From Magallana gigas (lineage: Eukaryota): a DNA stretch of 64,000 bases. Both the position numbers and the translations under genes were made by a program. Below the pieces are notes generated by a model, which searched no databases, was not told where the DNA came from, and saw only the letters and a list, made by a program, of their open reading frames with translations. The stretch lies in NCBI RefSeq assembly GCF_963853765.1, contig NC_088853.1, positions 23,498,001-23,562,000 of the forward strand. The letters are read 5' to 3'. Shown one piece after another: positions 62,770 to 64,000 of this stretch. The stretch's first letter is position 1. Each line of letters begins with the position of its first letter.

Positions 62770-64000
62770 CGGTTATATTGTTTATTTCTTTATTATTAAT
62801 AAAAAAATAGGAATGACATTATCTACTTTTTTAATGTTATTCAAAAAATACAATGCTTTCTGTGATGATCAATGAGGTCATAAAAATATGTTTCCGACGA
62901 AAGTAATGTAACAAATGTCATATCTTTTTTTGTGAAAAAGAAATTTTGGCGAGATTCCTTGGAGTCTTATTGTCACAAATATTTCTCGACAATAACAGGT
63001 TCTTGCCGCGCCAGTTTAAAATACAATATGGGCGTGGTTAAGGCTTCAAGGCGAAAAATAGTCATTGCGAAATAGTTCATCTACTGTACCTCGTTAAATA
63101 AAGTTTTTGCGAATAAAAGTCGTATTACTGTAACCGAGAGAAAAAAAAGTATTTGTTCATTAATTAATGCAAGGTCAATTCAACCGAACTGAAGTCAGTC
63201 TCCGCTTCCAAACAGCGATTTTGCGTTTAAAGGTAGGCTTGATAAGTTCAGGCAATGAGACTTTAATTACTATATCCTGAGGCTGTTTTGTCAGTAGATG
63301 TAAACTGAATAGTCTTTTTTCCACAAAGGGACTTTAAGGACTTAAAAGAGGTTAATAGTCTTGCTCGAAAAATTAATTGCCTCGCGCGACTTCTACATAT
63401 AACCCCCTGACAAGACTTGTACAATCCATAGAATCGTCAACTCTCTGAGGAACATACATGTACAAGCAGAGCTGCAAACTAATGGCGCTAATACTTTTAA
63501 ATTAACAAGGCCAGTTCATATGTTTTGGTGCTATATTTCGGTGACGTTAGGACCAGTAATACATGTAACTAACATACTGTGGAATCATTAAAATTCGTGG
63601 GGGCGAATCTTCGTGGATAGCTTGAATTATACAAGTTCATGGGGCTGGAATTTCGTGTATTAGTTTATACCTACAAAGAAATTATGACTTTATAACACTT
63701 ATCTATTAATTCGTGGATGATTCGATTTGTGGATGATTTCAAGTTGTGGATGGGAGGTACCCACGAATTCCACGAAAATTGAGTCACAACGAAATAAAAT
63801 GATTTCAGAGTATATTTTAAGCATTCTTGTTAATGAGGATCAGGCTATGCATCTGAAGCTATCCCTGCGTTTTATTTATATTATAAATAAATAACTACGC
63901 AGTTCATCTCATGTTCAAGGTGCCGATTTCAACCCGTGGTGGAGAGAGTGCACAATTAGAGTTACGTTATTTGCCAAAGGTTACACTGTTATCACGATAG

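Larger units (their letters stand above)
55457..64000. repeat. Tandem segmental duplication, unit 3 (partial, runs off the window)
   Basis: 55457-56226 matches 15752-16715, then a ~3.7 kb deletion. 56226-56364 matches 20485-20617, then a ~4.1 kb insertion. 60507-64000 matches 20622-24170. Confidence 0.9.

Noticed and set aside
1-64000. CRISPR arrays, rRNA, tRNA genes, prokaryotic operons
   Set aside because: None seen; the sequence is eukaryotic, and the only tRNA-related match is the 9-nt PBS.

Overview
AT-rich eukaryotic DNA with spliceosomal introns and three N-gaps. It is probably Pacific oyster (Crassostrea/Magallana) or a close bivalve; this is inferred from a HINE/Cg170-like repeat, not from a database search. 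Bases 1-15.7 kb are transposon-derived: an intron-containing Sola-like transposase pseudogene, several MITEs, and a degenerate Gypsy LTR retrotransposon (7479-15738). The Gypsy element has a PBS, a PPT, a -1 frameshift signal and an extra env-position ORF encoding two C2H2 zinc fingers. From ~15.75 kb onward the window is a tandem array of ~20 kb units (two complete, a third partial). Each complete unit holds one intact five-exon minus-strand gene for a 294-aa predicted secreted protein: signal peptide - PAN/Apple - EGF-like - Sushi/CCP - WSC. Each unit also holds a convergent WSC pseudogene, two dead PAN-exon copies and a Harbinger remnant. The ORF track shows only fragments of this gene, so I rebuilt it by hand from GT-AG sites and matching exon phases. 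The two paralogues differ most at the amino-acid level in the WSC domain, and gene 1 has two extra cysteines. Alignments and counts were done by eye; family names are from recalled motifs.
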